Source of the DNA: a virus
UHGV virus genome: UHGV-1352696
Direction: 5' to 3' (one strand)
Length of the DNA stretch: 52,011 nt
Below are positions 37,262 to 46,612 of the stretch, piece by piece (within the stretch, counting starts at the first letter, position 1; every line of letters begins with the position of its first letter). Below the pieces are notes generated by a model. That model was not told where the DNA came from, did no database searches, and worked only from the letters and a program-made list of their open reading frames with translations. The position numbers and the translations under genes are program-made.

Positions 37262-38455
37262 AGGCAATGACTTCTTTTCCTTTCTCATAAATCTACTAAA
37301 ATCAAGATTATATTTTATGCTGTCTACTTCTGTGATTCCTACTGCATAAGCTACAAGACAATTACAAACAGAGCCTCTTCCCTTTCCTGTTTCAATTCCA
37401 TTTTCTTTCGCCCATGTTATGTAATCTCTAACAATAAGGAAATAATCTGCAAAACCGTGGTAATTAATTACTTCTAATTCTTCTTTGCATCTTTTCCAAT
37501 ATTCTTTGTTCCACTTGTTTCTGTTTTTCAATCCCTGCTTTGTTAGTGTTTCAAGTTGTTTCGCTCCATCTTCTGATATTTTAGGAAGTTCTAGTTCCAA
37601 TCCATCTAATATGTTATCTTCGACTTTGTTATATATTTCTTTCATGTTATCTGCAAATCGTTCTGCCATTCCCATTGGTCTTTTGAACTTCTTTTTATAG
37701 ATGTTTGCAAACCTTTCTGTTATCTCATACTCTGTAGGCATGTACCTTTCACTGTATGTTCTTTTTACATCCAATGTTGTTTTTCCTATTTCATGCATTT
37801 TACAATATGTATCGAAATCTTCCTTACTTCCAAAATGTGAGTCACTTGTTAGAATACATTTAATATGTTTTCTTCTTGCCATTCCCATAAGTTCATAATC
37901 TGTTCTTTGTTGTGTACCCTGTGCATCTATCTTATATGGCTGTATTTCAACATATAAATCATCTTTGAATATTTCCTTGAACTTATCTAACAAACGCTCT
38001 GCTGTGCTTCTATGACCATTTAAAATAGCTTGTGACGTTGCGCTTGCTATACAAGCTGTTGTACATATAAGTCCATCTGAATACTTTTCTAACAACTTAA
38101 AATCAACTATTGGTTTGTAATAAAATTGCTTTGTATTTGCTTCTGTCATTATGTGACACAAGTTTTTATACCCCTGTAAGTTTTTAACAAACAAGTTTAA
38201 GTGGTACGATTTCCTTTGCGGATTTTTTTTATTAAATTTTGGTTGAAAATATATTTCACATCCCATAACAGGTTTTATTCCAACTTCATTACACGCTTGA
38301 TAATGTTTTATTAATCCACTAATTGTTCCATGATCGCTTATTCCTAATGCTCTGTAGCCTAATTCCTTTGCGTGTTTTGCAAGATTTATAGACTTTCCAA
38401 ACCCATCAAATAATGAATACTCCGTGTGCCTGTGTAAATCAAAAAAATTACCCAT
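37262..38455 (-). CDS. dnaE: DNA polymerase III alpha (DnaE-type), exon 1 (PHP domain through ...KKSLP). The listed ORF continues into the intron until a stop at 37226.
   Basis: N-terminal PHP motif DLHRHTEYSLFDGFG. GRGSVCNCLVAYAVGITEVDSIKYNLDFSRFM matches DnaE GRGSAAGSLVAYALGIT...FERFL. Confidence 0.85.
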
Positions 38456-39302
38456 TCAACAAACGCTCCTTTCCATATTCACACTGTTCTTTGTCTATCT
38501 CACTACAAATACATTTTATGTTTCTGTTCTCCATTTTACAAGCGACAGCTGTTGTACACGTTCCTGCAAATGGGTCATACACAGTGCTATTATCTCTAAC
38601 ATACATGTTAAGTAAATTTGCAACCATTTCAATACTAAATGTTGCACCATTATATTCATTCTTTCCATCATTGTTCTTTGCTTCAAAATAATTGAACATA
38701 TTACTATAAGATGTATATACCTTTCCTTGTATTTCTCTCTTATTTGATTTAAAAGTACAATACCCTTTTTCTCTACATAATACGAATATATATTCGCATA
38801 TCCTTGTACATTTATTTTTGTTTCTATTGTTTGGCAATGCATTTTTCTTCTTCCAACAAACAATATCCGCAACTTCTAACTGTAAATTAAAACATATATT
38901 CAATATAGTTCTTAGCATTTTAGTTGCTGTTGCTCCAGTTTCTACGTTTGTGGCATAACTCATATTTAGTAATATTACACCGTCTTTTTTTAACACAGAT
39001 AAACAACCACTTAATACATCCTGTAAAAAATCTTCATATTTATTCCAATTTAATGTATCATCATAACATTTATATAATTTCTCTCTATTTTTTAACTGTC
39101 TTTGTTTATCACCAGTTCTTCTGCTTCTGCTTATGTTATACGGTGGACTTGTTATCACACAATCAACTTTAATTCCCTTTTGTTTCATATGTTTTATTGT
39201 TTTCCTACAATCTTCGCTACGAATTATGTATCTTTTCGTTTCTTTCATTTCCTTACACCTCATATTATAATAAAAGGGTTGAACTATGCCAACCCCAACC
39301 AT
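38448..39302 (-). CDS. DNA methyltransferase (beta-class amino-MTase: motif IV SPPY before motif I)
   Basis: DCVITSPPYNISRSRR (motif IV) ... VYDPFAGTCTTAVACK (motif I). Confidence 0.75.
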   Translation of the reverse strand: MVGVGIVQPFYYNMRCKEMKETKRYIIRSEDCRKTIKHMKQKGIKVDCVITSPPYNISRSRRTGDKQRQLKNREKLYKCYDDTLNWNKYEDFLQDVLSGCLSVLKKDGVILLNMSYATNVETGATATKMLRTILNICFNLQLEVADIVCWKKKNALPNNRNKNKCTRICEYIFVLCREKGYCTFKSNKREIQGKVYTSYSNMFNYFEAKNNDGKNEYNGATFSIEMVANLLNMYVRDNSTVYDPFAGTCTTAVACKMENRNIKCICSEIDKEQCEYGKERLLNG

Positions 39303-39318
39303 ATAACTTTATTTTGTT

Positions 39319-40167
39319 TTACTCTTCCCAATCATCCTCTTCTTCATCCCAATCGTCAGAATCATTTTCTTCGTCTGCTTCTTCCAAAAGGTCAATGTAA
39401 TATTCTTTTGACTTCTTCGGTTTACAATCAATGTCACGCTCTTTACACAGCTTATAAAGCTCCTGTGGCTTCATGCTTTCATAGTCATTCGTTTCGTCCT
39501 CTTCTTCATCCCAGTCATCTGTTTCTTCGACTTTTGTTTTAGCTTTTGTTTTTGTTTTGTTTGATTTCTTCTTAGGTTCATCCTCTTCATCAAAATCTTC
39601 ATTGTTATCAGATGGATATGCCTTATCAATGTATTTTAAGATTGCTGAATCAGACAATGGCTTTACTTTGTTATTTCTAAATTTTGCTTTGTCTAACGGA
39701 ATAACAGAATATGTTGTGTTCTGCCCTTTACCAATTCTTTTAATCTCATAGTCTCTATCAAGAAGCGTTCCATAGTTTTCATACAATGAAGCAAGTGCTG
39801 GAACTGGTGAACAGTTATTAACTGCCGCCATTAACAGTTTTACTTCTTTGCTTTCGTAGTCATAGACACTCCAAATGTACATTTTTCGTGTTCTCAGATT
39901 TTCATCTTCGCAGTACTCACAAGTTCTGCCAAATTCCTCTTGGCATGGAACGTTTACACCTAAAGCAAAACTATCATGAAACTTGATTTCTAAACCATCT
40001 TCCATATCTGTTAAGAAACGAACTCTCGCTTTTGAGTCCTCTTTGAAAAACATAAATTTTCCCTTACTTGTTCCACTTTTTGAAATTTCACTTTTAATGT
40101 CTGATAACTTAATTTTTCCCATGTTGTTTCTCCTTTTATTCTTTTGATATGTTTGTTTTATACTCAC
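39319..40167 (-). CDS. Putative ssDNA-binding protein. Acidic C-terminal region with a Rho_N/SAP-like module and DDWDEEEDDWEE tail.
   Basis: N-terminal about 170 aa with a Cys cluster (CQEEFGRTCEYC). C-terminal ELYKLCKERDIDCKPKKSKEYYIDLLEEAD. Located in the replication module between the MTase and the primase. Confidence 0.45.
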   Translation of the reverse strand: MSIKQTYQKNKRRNNMGKIKLSDIKSEISKSGTSKGKFMFFKEDSKARVRFLTDMEDGLEIKFHDSFALGVNVPCQEEFGRTCEYCEDENLRTRKMYIWSVYDYESKEVKLLMAAVNNCSPVPALASLYENYGTLLDRDYEIKRIGKGQNTTYSVIPLDKAKFRNNKVKPLSDSAILKYIDKAYPSDNNEDFDEEDEPKKKSNKTKTKAKTKVEETDDWDEEEDETNDYESMKPQELYKLCKERDIDCKPKKSKEYYIDLLEEADEENDSDDWDEEEDDWEE

Positions 40168-40519
40168 CGATTTCTACCGCACAAAACTGTTTTGGATTTA
40201 TGATATAACCGCCAAACTCTATATATGCATTTGCATCTTCAAGGTAACATTGTTTTATAACATTTGCTATATTACTAACTGACTCTTTCACAACTTGTTT
40301 TGCCTGTTTTACAAGTTCAGTTAAAAGCATTTCGTCAAAACTTGCTTTATCTTCATCACGCATAAATCCGAATTTTGTTTCATATTCGCTACAAATCAGT
40401 TTGTACTCTTCACTTTCTTCATTATACTCTCCATGTACCGTTCTGTCAATCGTTAATTTTTCAAGCGTATCTTTGTGATATAAATTCATTTTACAAGTTA
40501 CTTTATATTTCAGCACCAT
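40136..40519 (-). CDS. Hypothetical protein
   Basis: 127-aa ORF. Confidence 0.4.
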   Translation of the reverse strand: MVLKYKVTCKMNLYHKDTLEKLTIDRTVHGEYNEESEEYKLICSEYETKFGFMRDEDKASFDEMLLTELVKQAKQVVKESVSNIANVIKQCYLEDANAYIEFGGYIINPKQFCAVEIGEYKTNISKE

Positions 40520-41465
40520 GCTTTCTGACCCTCCTAGAACGCTGTTTAGCGGCTTTTATTTCTTCCTCTGACATTTCCCCCACATCCTTTTTATCAGCTG
40601 GGTAATCAAAGCGTATCACATTAAAAAACCGCTTTAAATACTCTGTTCCTTTTACTCCGCATTCATCATTATCTAATGCAGATATCACTGTAGTAATTCC
40701 TTTTTGTTTTAATTTGTTTACCTGTTCATCTGATATATGCCACCCAAGTATTGCAACAACATTTTTTACATGTCCGCGTGTTTTAAGACTTAAATAGTCC
40801 ATGAATCCCTCACATATATATGGAATGCAGTTCTCTTCATATGTTCCACATAATGTGTCACGCTTTCTGAATCCCTCGTTGTATAAATATTTTCTTTTCT
40901 TTTCAACATGCTGGTTCATTGTTCTCCCAACCCATCCCATAAACTTTCCATTGTCCAATATTGGAAATATAAATGGATAAGCTACATTATAATTGTATTT
41001 ACATTTTGAAACATTCAATGCTCGTTTGCTGAATCCACGTTTCTTCATGTATTCAATTATTTGTTTTTCATCCTTGCTGTTTGCTTCATTCCAATCTGTT
41101 GTTTTTAATCCATAGTAATAATCCTTTGCTTCAATCAATGCTTGCTTACTTTGTTTCTTGCGCTTTCTTTTGACCTTTATCTGTAGCTTTTCTATCTTAT
41201 CGCTATGCAATATTTGTTCCAATAAACAACATGCCTGTAGGTCATTTAGCTCCGGATGTGCTTTCATAACAAAATCTAATGCATTTCCTTTTGCTTCACA
41301 ACCAAAACAAAAAAATGTTCCATCATCTAAACAAATTCGCATTGATGGGTTTATATCATCATGGAAAGGACATATAATATTAAACTCTGTTGTTGTTATT
41401 TCTTCAACAATTCCATAATAGATTAATACTTTCGCAAGTTCCTTTCCTCCATATGTTCTTATCAT
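40503..41465 (-). CDS. DNA primase (DnaG-type: CHC2 zinc finger plus TOPRIM)
   Basis: CPFHDDINPSMRICLDDGTFFCFGCEAKGNALDF (CHC2). EGFMDYLSL and LDNDECG (TOPRIM acidic motifs). Confidence 0.8.
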   Translation of the reverse strand: MIRTYGGKELAKVLIYYGIVEEITTTEFNIICPFHDDINPSMRICLDDGTFFCFGCEAKGNALDFVMKAHPELNDLQACCLLEQILHSDKIEKLQIKVKRKRKKQSKQALIEAKDYYYGLKTTDWNEANSKDEKQIIEYMKKRGFSKRALNVSKCKYNYNVAYPFIFPILDNGKFMGWVGRTMNQHVEKKRKYLYNEGFRKRDTLCGTYEENCIPYICEGFMDYLSLKTRGHVKNVVAILGWHISDEQVNKLKQKGITTVISALDNDECGVKGTEYLKRFFNVIRFDYPADKKDVGEMSEEEIKAAKQRSRRVRKHGAEI

Positions 41466-41475
41466 GCATCTTGTT

Positions 41476-42012
41476 CTAGCCTTTCTGTTCTGTTATCTTA
41501 ATGTATGGCTCTGATATTTCAACATCACAGCATTTTCCTAGCTGTGCTTTGTCCTCTTTACTTATTTTACCTGTTTCATACATCCTGTCTAACTTTGCTT
41601 CGTCCATACTCTCTTCAACATCAATGAACTTTTTGAACTTCTTCGCATCTACTCCACACTGTTTCAAATACTTAATAAGTCCATCCATATCATTTACTTT
41701 GTATGTTTTGTTTATGACTTCCTTATATAGCTGTTTTGAAATGTTTTGTTTTAACTTTTCAAACTTCCATGTTAGCTTCTTTCTTCTAACTTTTGTTATT
41801 TTAAGTTTCACATGGTTTGTGTAATAGTTCATCCCATCTTTTAACTCAATATCAAAAGTCTCTTCTCCTTTTGGAAGATTTGTAAACATGAAATTTGCTA
41901 CTGTAATCTGTTCTTTTTTTCTTACTTCATTGTAGTATTCATCAAACTTCTTTTTCTCTTGCTGTGCTTCATACAATCTTCTAACGCTCTGCTCTATCTG
42001 TGCTGTATTCAT
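41476..42012 (-). CDS. Hypothetical protein
   Basis: 178-aa ORF. Confidence 0.4.
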   Translation of the reverse strand: MNTAQIEQSVRRLYEAQQEKKKFDEYYNEVRKKEQITVANFMFTNLPKGEETFDIELKDGMNYYTNHVKLKITKVRRKKLTWKFEKLKQNISKQLYKEVINKTYKVNDMDGLIKYLKQCGVDAKKFKKFIDVEESMDEAKLDRMYETGKISKEDKAQLGKCCDVEISEPYIKITEQKG

Positions 42013-42625
42013 TCTTCTGTCCTGTCCTTTCCTTGTATTCTTTTACTGCCTGTCTCTGTGCATATAATACTGAATTGATATCTTTCGGATATGTTCTGAC
42101 ATTTACATCACGAATGAAAATAAGTTCATCAAATGTTAATTCTTTTTCTTCTCCTACCGGAGTCTGTACTCTTACAAGCTCCTTTCTTCTATTTACTCCG
42201 ACAACTTTTGCTGTTCCCAACTTCTTTAAAAGTTTTCCATGTTTTGTTTCAATAAATCTAACATAACAAATCATGCACCCAACTTGTAAAACATTGTCAT
42301 AAATTCTCTGCTCTTTTCTTGAACCATATTTCATTTCGATTTCTTCAAGTGTTGCAAATTTTCTTTCTTCTGTTTCATCTGTACCTGTTTTAACCTCTTT
42401 TGTTTCAGCTGGTTTTTCTACCTTTGTTTCGCTTTTTACTTCACCCCATGCTTCATTATCCTCGTTGTTTGATTCTAACTGTTTTTCAACAACTTCATTC
42501 TCATAAGCATTAAGTCTGTCAATCAACTCCTGTTTTGTGAACTTATGTCCTTTGCTTTCTAATGTGAGTCCTCTGTTTCTTGACTCCTGTTTTAAATCTG
42601 CAACTTTCATTTCTTCAAATCTCAT
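41981..42625 (-). CDS. Hypothetical protein with an N-terminal Rho_N/SAP-like module
   Basis: MKVADLKQESRNRGLTLESKGHKFTKQELIDRL. First gene after the promoter at 42658-42686. Confidence 0.45.
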   Translation of the reverse strand: MRFEEMKVADLKQESRNRGLTLESKGHKFTKQELIDRLNAYENEVVEKQLESNNEDNEAWGEVKSETKVEKPAETKEVKTGTDETEERKFATLEEIEMKYGSRKEQRIYDNVLQVGCMICYVRFIETKHGKLLKKLGTAKVVGVNRRKELVRVQTPVGEEKELTFDELIFIRDVNVRTYPKDINSVLYAQRQAVKEYKERTGQKNEYSTDRAER

Positions 42626-42657
42626 TTGTTCTGTTCTCCTTTTCTTTTTATGCCTTA

Positions 42658-42686
42658 ATTATATCACTCTACTTTTTCTTTGTCAA
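42658..42686 (-). promoter_or_regulatory. Sigma-70 consensus promoter (TTGACA-17-TATAAT)
   Basis: Minus-strand read TTGACAAAGAAAAAGTAGAGTGATATAAT. Confidence 0.55.
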
Positions 42687-42689
42687 TAT

Positions 42690-42881
42690 TTATTTTAAAA
42701 CGATTATACAAATTACTGATAACATATAAATCATTCCAAACAATGATAAACAAGCTATGATATCATTAAAATCCTGTTTTGTTATACCCCATTCTTTCCA
42801 AAAGGTTCGGAACGCTCTTTTAAACGTCCTCGCCTTTCTTTTTACTTTTCTCTGTAACTTTCTATAATTGTATGGTGTCAT
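42690..42881 (-). CDS. Small basic membrane protein
   Basis: 63 aa with a C-terminal transmembrane segment. Confidence 0.35.
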   Translation of the reverse strand: MTPYNYRKLQRKVKRKARTFKRAFRTFWKEWGITKQDFNDIIACLSLFGMIYMLSVICIIVLK

Positions 42882-42887
42882 TTTGTT

Positions 42888-43085
42888 TTATCTCCTTTCT
42901 GAAATGTCCAACAGTTTCTTTACTGAAATCTGAAATTCCTCACTTGCTATATGCACTTCTAACACCCCTATATCTGTCATGCATTTCAGATATCCATACA
43001 ACTTGTTTTCTGCTTCCTCAAAACTAGCCAATCCTCTTCTGTATGTTGCTAATACGATTGTTTCAAACTCTACATATTTTACCAT
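42888..43085 (-). CDS. Hypothetical protein
   Basis: 65-aa ORF with a promoter (TTGACA-17-TAATAT) at about 43120-43160. Confidence 0.35.
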   Translation of the reverse strand: MVKYVEFETIVLATYRRGLASFEEAENKLYGYLKCMTDIGVLEVHIASEEFQISVKKLLDISERR

Positions 43086-43161
43086 TTTTATTTCCTCCTA
43101 ATTTGTTTTCTTTCTTGTTTCTAAAACTATATTAACATATGTTTCAAATACTGTCAACATT

Positions 43162-43314
43162 TATTTTAAATATTTTTTAGCAAATTCTTCATTGCTCATT
43201 GTTTTCATATCATAAACATATTCAATAGCATCTGCACTGCTCATTCCCAAACCATCAACAAGCTCTATAACCATTCCTGTTAAATTATTATTTTTAATAA
43301 ATTCTTTCTTCATT
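43162..43314 (-). CDS. Small ORF (50 aa, MKKEFIKNNNLTGMVIELVDGLGMSSADAIEYVYDMKTMSNEEFAKKYLK), not in the supplied track
   Basis: Strong RBS GGAGAAAACAAAA before the ATG. Downstream of the promoter/hairpin at 43379-43400. Confidence 0.35.
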
Positions 43315-43378
43315 TTTGTTTTCTCCTTTTTTGTTTTATTTGTTTTCTCTTAACTTGATTTAATTATATATCAAAGGG

Positions 43379-43400
43379 TTGATTTTGTCAACCCTCTTAA
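43379..43400 (-). promoter_or_regulatory. Hairpin (GGGTTGA-caaaa-TCAACCC) overlapping the -35 of a sigma-70 promoter (TTGACA-17-TATAAT). A terminator/promoter composite.
   Basis: Minus-strand read AGGGTTGACAAAATCAACCCTTTGATATATAAT. Confidence 0.5.
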
Positions 43401-43409
43401 TTATATTTT

Positions 43410-43751
43410 TTAATTGAATAAACAATATCTTGCATAGCTATAACCTTGTGTATTTACAAAAAACTTTTGTTCTGTTTTTTCATTTACAATCATTATAACA
43501 TATTGTGTATAATCTTCTTCACATCCACAAGGAACATCTTTTAAAAAATTAAAATCTTTTAACAAATTATTTTTGAAATAAGCAAATTCTTTATCATTCA
43601 TAATAAATGCCATTGAACAAATTGCCTTTACATTGTAATATTCATTTTCATCTAACAACTGTTCTGTATATTCCTTAAGTGTATTGTTTTTATTTAATTT
43701 AGGCTCTGCTAAATTTAATTTCATTTCTGTTTTAAATGTTCTTTTCTTCAT
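43410..43751 (-). CDS. Hypothetical protein
   Basis: 113-aa ORF. Promoter TTGACT-16-TATAAT at about 43810-43845. Confidence 0.4.
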   Translation of the reverse strand: MKKRTFKTEMKLNLAEPKLNKNNTLKEYTEQLLDENEYYNVKAICSMAFIMNDKEFAYFKNNLLKDFNFLKDVPCGCEEDYTQYVIMIVNEKTEQKFFVNTQGYSYARYCLFN

Positions 43752-43931
43752 TTGTTCTTCCTCCTAGTTTGTTTTATTTATTAACTGTTTACCTTTAACT
43801 TGATTATATTATAACATATTTAAAACAAAAGTCAATACTTTTTTATAAAATATTTTAAAATAAATAAAGCTATATAAAATATATAAATATATTAATTATA
43901 TTATATATAATATATAGCCTTATACTTTGTT

Positions 43932-44663
43932 TTATTTATTTGTTTTGTTATGTTTTGTTTCTTTCTTCCACTTATCTGTATAAGTATCATTGTATTTATC
44001 CTTATACTTTTTGTGGTATTTATCTTGCATATTATGAATTGCTATTACATCATATCCAGTACCGTTAAGCTGTTCGCACATTCTGTTTATTTCTTTTAGC
44101 TCTTTTGTTACATCCTGTATAAGCTTTGAAATATATTCAGCATCAGCACCCATTCCATTATTCATACATTTCTGCCACTGTTCTTCATACAGTTCTTTTG
44201 TTTCGTGTTCCCACTGTTTATACTGCTCAATTGCATTTTTTACAAATTTAGGAAGAACACTGTCATTCACATCATCTGTTGTGTATTTACTCCAATCTCT
44301 AGGAATCATCTGTGGAAACTGCACTTGTCTTAATGGGATTAACTTCTGATGAAGATTTATGTACTTGTGGTGTAGCTTTCTTTTGTTTGCACATTCATCC
44401 ATGTACTGACATTCTAACTTTCTTTTGAATCCTTGTAAACCAAGAAAACAGAAATAGTCTGCAAGCTGTTCATGGAAACTTAATGCTTTCTGCATGTGTT
44501 CATCAAGTTTTACATATACTTCTTCTGCAATGTTTTCTTGCATACGTTTGTTTCTTTGTGTTCCCATATATGGCTGCTGTTCCTGTGTATTCCATCCCTG
44601 TTCTGTATTTGTTTTACTTGTATTTATGTTTTCATCATATTTCACACCATTTACTTCATACAT
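43932..44663 (-). CDS. Hypothetical protein
   Basis: 243-aa ORF. Confidence 0.4.
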   Translation of the reverse strand: MYEVNGVKYDENINTSKTNTEQGWNTQEQQPYMGTQRNKRMQENIAEEVYVKLDEHMQKALSFHEQLADYFCFLGLQGFKRKLECQYMDECANKRKLHHKYINLHQKLIPLRQVQFPQMIPRDWSKYTTDDVNDSVLPKFVKNAIEQYKQWEHETKELYEEQWQKCMNNGMGADAEYISKLIQDVTKELKEINRMCEQLNGTGYDVIAIHNMQDKYHKKYKDKYNDTYTDKWKKETKHNKTNK

Positions 44664-44676
44664 TGTTTTGCCCTCC

Positions 44677-45051
44677 TTATATTACTGGAAAATTATAGCT
44701 TGTTCCACATAACTCACAGCTACTAACCATGAAAGTACCAACATCTGTTGCTACATTTGTGTGGTACACTTTTCTACTTCTTAACTGGTCTGCATGAACA
44801 TTATTTCCGCACTTTGTTCTAAGCACATATTGTGTTGTTCCTGTTCCGATTGTTATAGCTACCGTTTCTGCACTTGTTACTGTTGGAATTGCCTGTGCTA
44901 TACAAATACACACTTTTTCTTTATTACTATAACTTGCCTGCGGTATATTCAGAATCAAAACACCATCTTGTACTGTTACACTTACTGTTTTAACAAAGTG
45001 TATACAACCACCGCATCCATATCCATTATTATTATATAAACTACATGCCAT
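44677..45051 (-). CDS. Cys/Gly-rich protein (starts MACSLYNNNGYGCGGC)
   Basis: 124 aa with 9 Cys. Own RBS GAAAGGGTG. Confidence 0.45.
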   Translation of the reverse strand: MACSLYNNNGYGCGGCIHFVKTVSVTVQDGVLILNIPQASYSNKEKVCICIAQAIPTVTSAETVAITIGTGTTQYVLRTKCGNNVHADQLRSRKVYHTNVATDVGTFMVSSCELCGTSYNFPVI

Positions 45052-45090
45052 TCTATATCACCCTTTCTAACCATTTTAATTAAACGAATA

Positions 45091-45110
45091 GGGCGGTTTT
45101 TATGCCGCCC
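45091..45110 (-). terminator. GC-rich hairpin (GGGCGG-TTTTTATG-CCGCCC) between the two Cys-rich genes (terminator or attenuator)
   Basis: A GC clamp that stands out in AT-rich DNA. Weak T-run (TATTCGTTT) on the minus strand. Confidence 0.4.
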
Positions 45111-45164
45111 CTACAAATATATCACGCATAAGCGGAAACTCTCTTAAATCATCAAATAAACGCT

Positions 45165-45872
45165 TTAGCACCCACATCCATTATTGCAAGCTGTTCCATA
45201 ATGTGAAAACATCTGTGCGCTTTCATATGGACTGCATGTCTGATATGCTGGAATTGGTGTTGGTCTTAATGTTGAAATCAGTGTTGCGTTCTGTGCCTGT
45301 TGACTCAACTGGAAGTTTGCTGTCTGTAACTGGTCACGTAAGCTCTGAATTTCATTCTGTGTCATTAATGCTCTTGTTGCATCACCATCTGCTTTAATAG
45401 CGTTCACAATATCACAAGTGTTTTTTGCATTCTCATATCTTACAGAGTCAATGCTTCTCTGCGTTGTGCAACAGCAATCTGCAAGCTGTGAAGCAAGTGC
45501 ATTTGTGTTCTGCATTCCGGCTACTGCTACATTGTTAATTGCTTGCTGTGTTCCGTTAAAACCATTCAGAAGCGAAGTATTAACTGCATAGAATCCATCA
45601 CAAATTCCATTCTCCAAACCATTCAGCTTGTTCATTACTGCTTGGTTGTCAAAGCCTCTTTGAATTGCACTATCTGTATATGCGCTTGCTGTACTATTCA
45701 TACCATTTCCACCCCAGTTTCCAAAGTTACCGTTCCATGCGAGTAAGAAAAATAAGAAAAAAATCCAACTTCCATTACCGTCACCGAACATTCCATTGTT
45801 TTCTTTACCGAGTGCCAATGCATCAGCTACACTCAATCCATTTCCATCCATTCCCATAATTGTTACCTCCAT
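45165..45872 (-). CDS. Gly/Asn-rich protein with one transmembrane segment and a Cys-rich C-terminus (ends ...ACNNGCGC)
   Basis: WIFFLFFLLAW transmembrane segment flanked by GNG repeats. ADCCCTTQRS. C-terminus YGTACNNGCGC. Confidence 0.45.
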   Translation of the reverse strand: MEVTIMGMDGNGLSVADALALGKENNGMFGDGNGSWIFFLFFLLAWNGNFGNWGGNGMNSTASAYTDSAIQRGFDNQAVMNKLNGLENGICDGFYAVNTSLLNGFNGTQQAINNVAVAGMQNTNALASQLADCCCTTQRSIDSVRYENAKNTCDIVNAIKADGDATRALMTQNEIQSLRDQLQTANFQLSQQAQNATLISTLRPTPIPAYQTCSPYESAQMFSHYGTACNNGCGC

Positions 45873-45906
45873 TAATATTATTTATATAAACCGCTATATG
45901 TACACT

Positions 45907-46104
45907 TTAGCGGCTCATACCACCCATAAAAGCTTGAAACTGTTTATAAGCCTGTTCTATATCTATTCCTCTTTGCTTACATAAGTTTCTAGCTACTTGC
46001 TCAAGTTCTTGTTCTGATTTACCTTGTGCCATTTCTTCTGCTCTTTTAAAAAGCGGATTATTCTGCATCATTTGTTTGCTCAACTTCTGAAACATAAGCC
46101 ACAC
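45907..46104 (-). CDS. Hypothetical small protein
   Basis: 65-aa ORF. Confidence 0.35.
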   Translation of the reverse strand: MWLMFQKLSKQMMQNNPLFKRAEEMAQGKSEQELEQVARNLCKQRGIDIEQAYKQFQAFMGGMSR

Positions 46105-46492
46105 CCTCCTTGAGTTCTTTTATTCTTTGTTTCAATTCACTTACAACATTTTCAAACTGCTGTTTAGATACATATTCAACATTTACTTTATTTTCTGTTG
46201 GTTTTAATATATATGTTTTAAGTTCTGCTGAACCATCTAACAATATTTGCTTTGTGTAAATACAACCATTTGCAATATCTGTAAAAACAAATAAACTACC
46301 ATCTAAGTCAATCATGCTTGCTTTCGCTTCATCATAGCTTGAAACTGGTCTACCTTTTAGCATCTGTGTTTGACTTTGATTCTGCATATATGGTTGTTGG
46401 TAATTATATTGCTGTTCCATCTGTGCAATTCTATTTTGTGTTAATTGTTGCTGATATGGATTCATTCCATACCCTGTATAATTGTACATCAA
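46058..46492 (-). CDS. Hypothetical protein with a Q/N/Y-rich N-terminus
   Basis: 144 aa. N-terminus QQQLTQNRIAQMEQQYNYQQPYMQNQSQTQ. Confidence 0.4.
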   Translation of the reverse strand: MMYNYTGYGMNPYQQQLTQNRIAQMEQQYNYQQPYMQNQSQTQMLKGRPVSSYDEAKASMIDLDGSLFVFTDIANGCIYTKQILLDGSAELKTYILKPTENKVNVEYVSKQQFENVVSELKQRIKELKEGVAYVSEVEQTNDAE

Positions 46493-46612
46493 TCACCACT
46501 CCTTTCATGCTTTTAATATATCACACTTTTAATATTTTGAAATATAAACAAAGTATACCGGGAATAACCTTAAAGAATATGTGCAATAAAAAAGGAGTGC
46601 TTTCGCACTCCA

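Noticed and set aside
38516-38872. 118-aa minus-strand ORF nested inside the methyltransferase gene 38448..39302
   Set aside because: Alternate frame of a gene with clear SPPY and FxGxG methyltransferase motifs. Implausible composition. Treated as overlap noise. The same applies to 23030..23266, 23516..23698 and 13045..13389.
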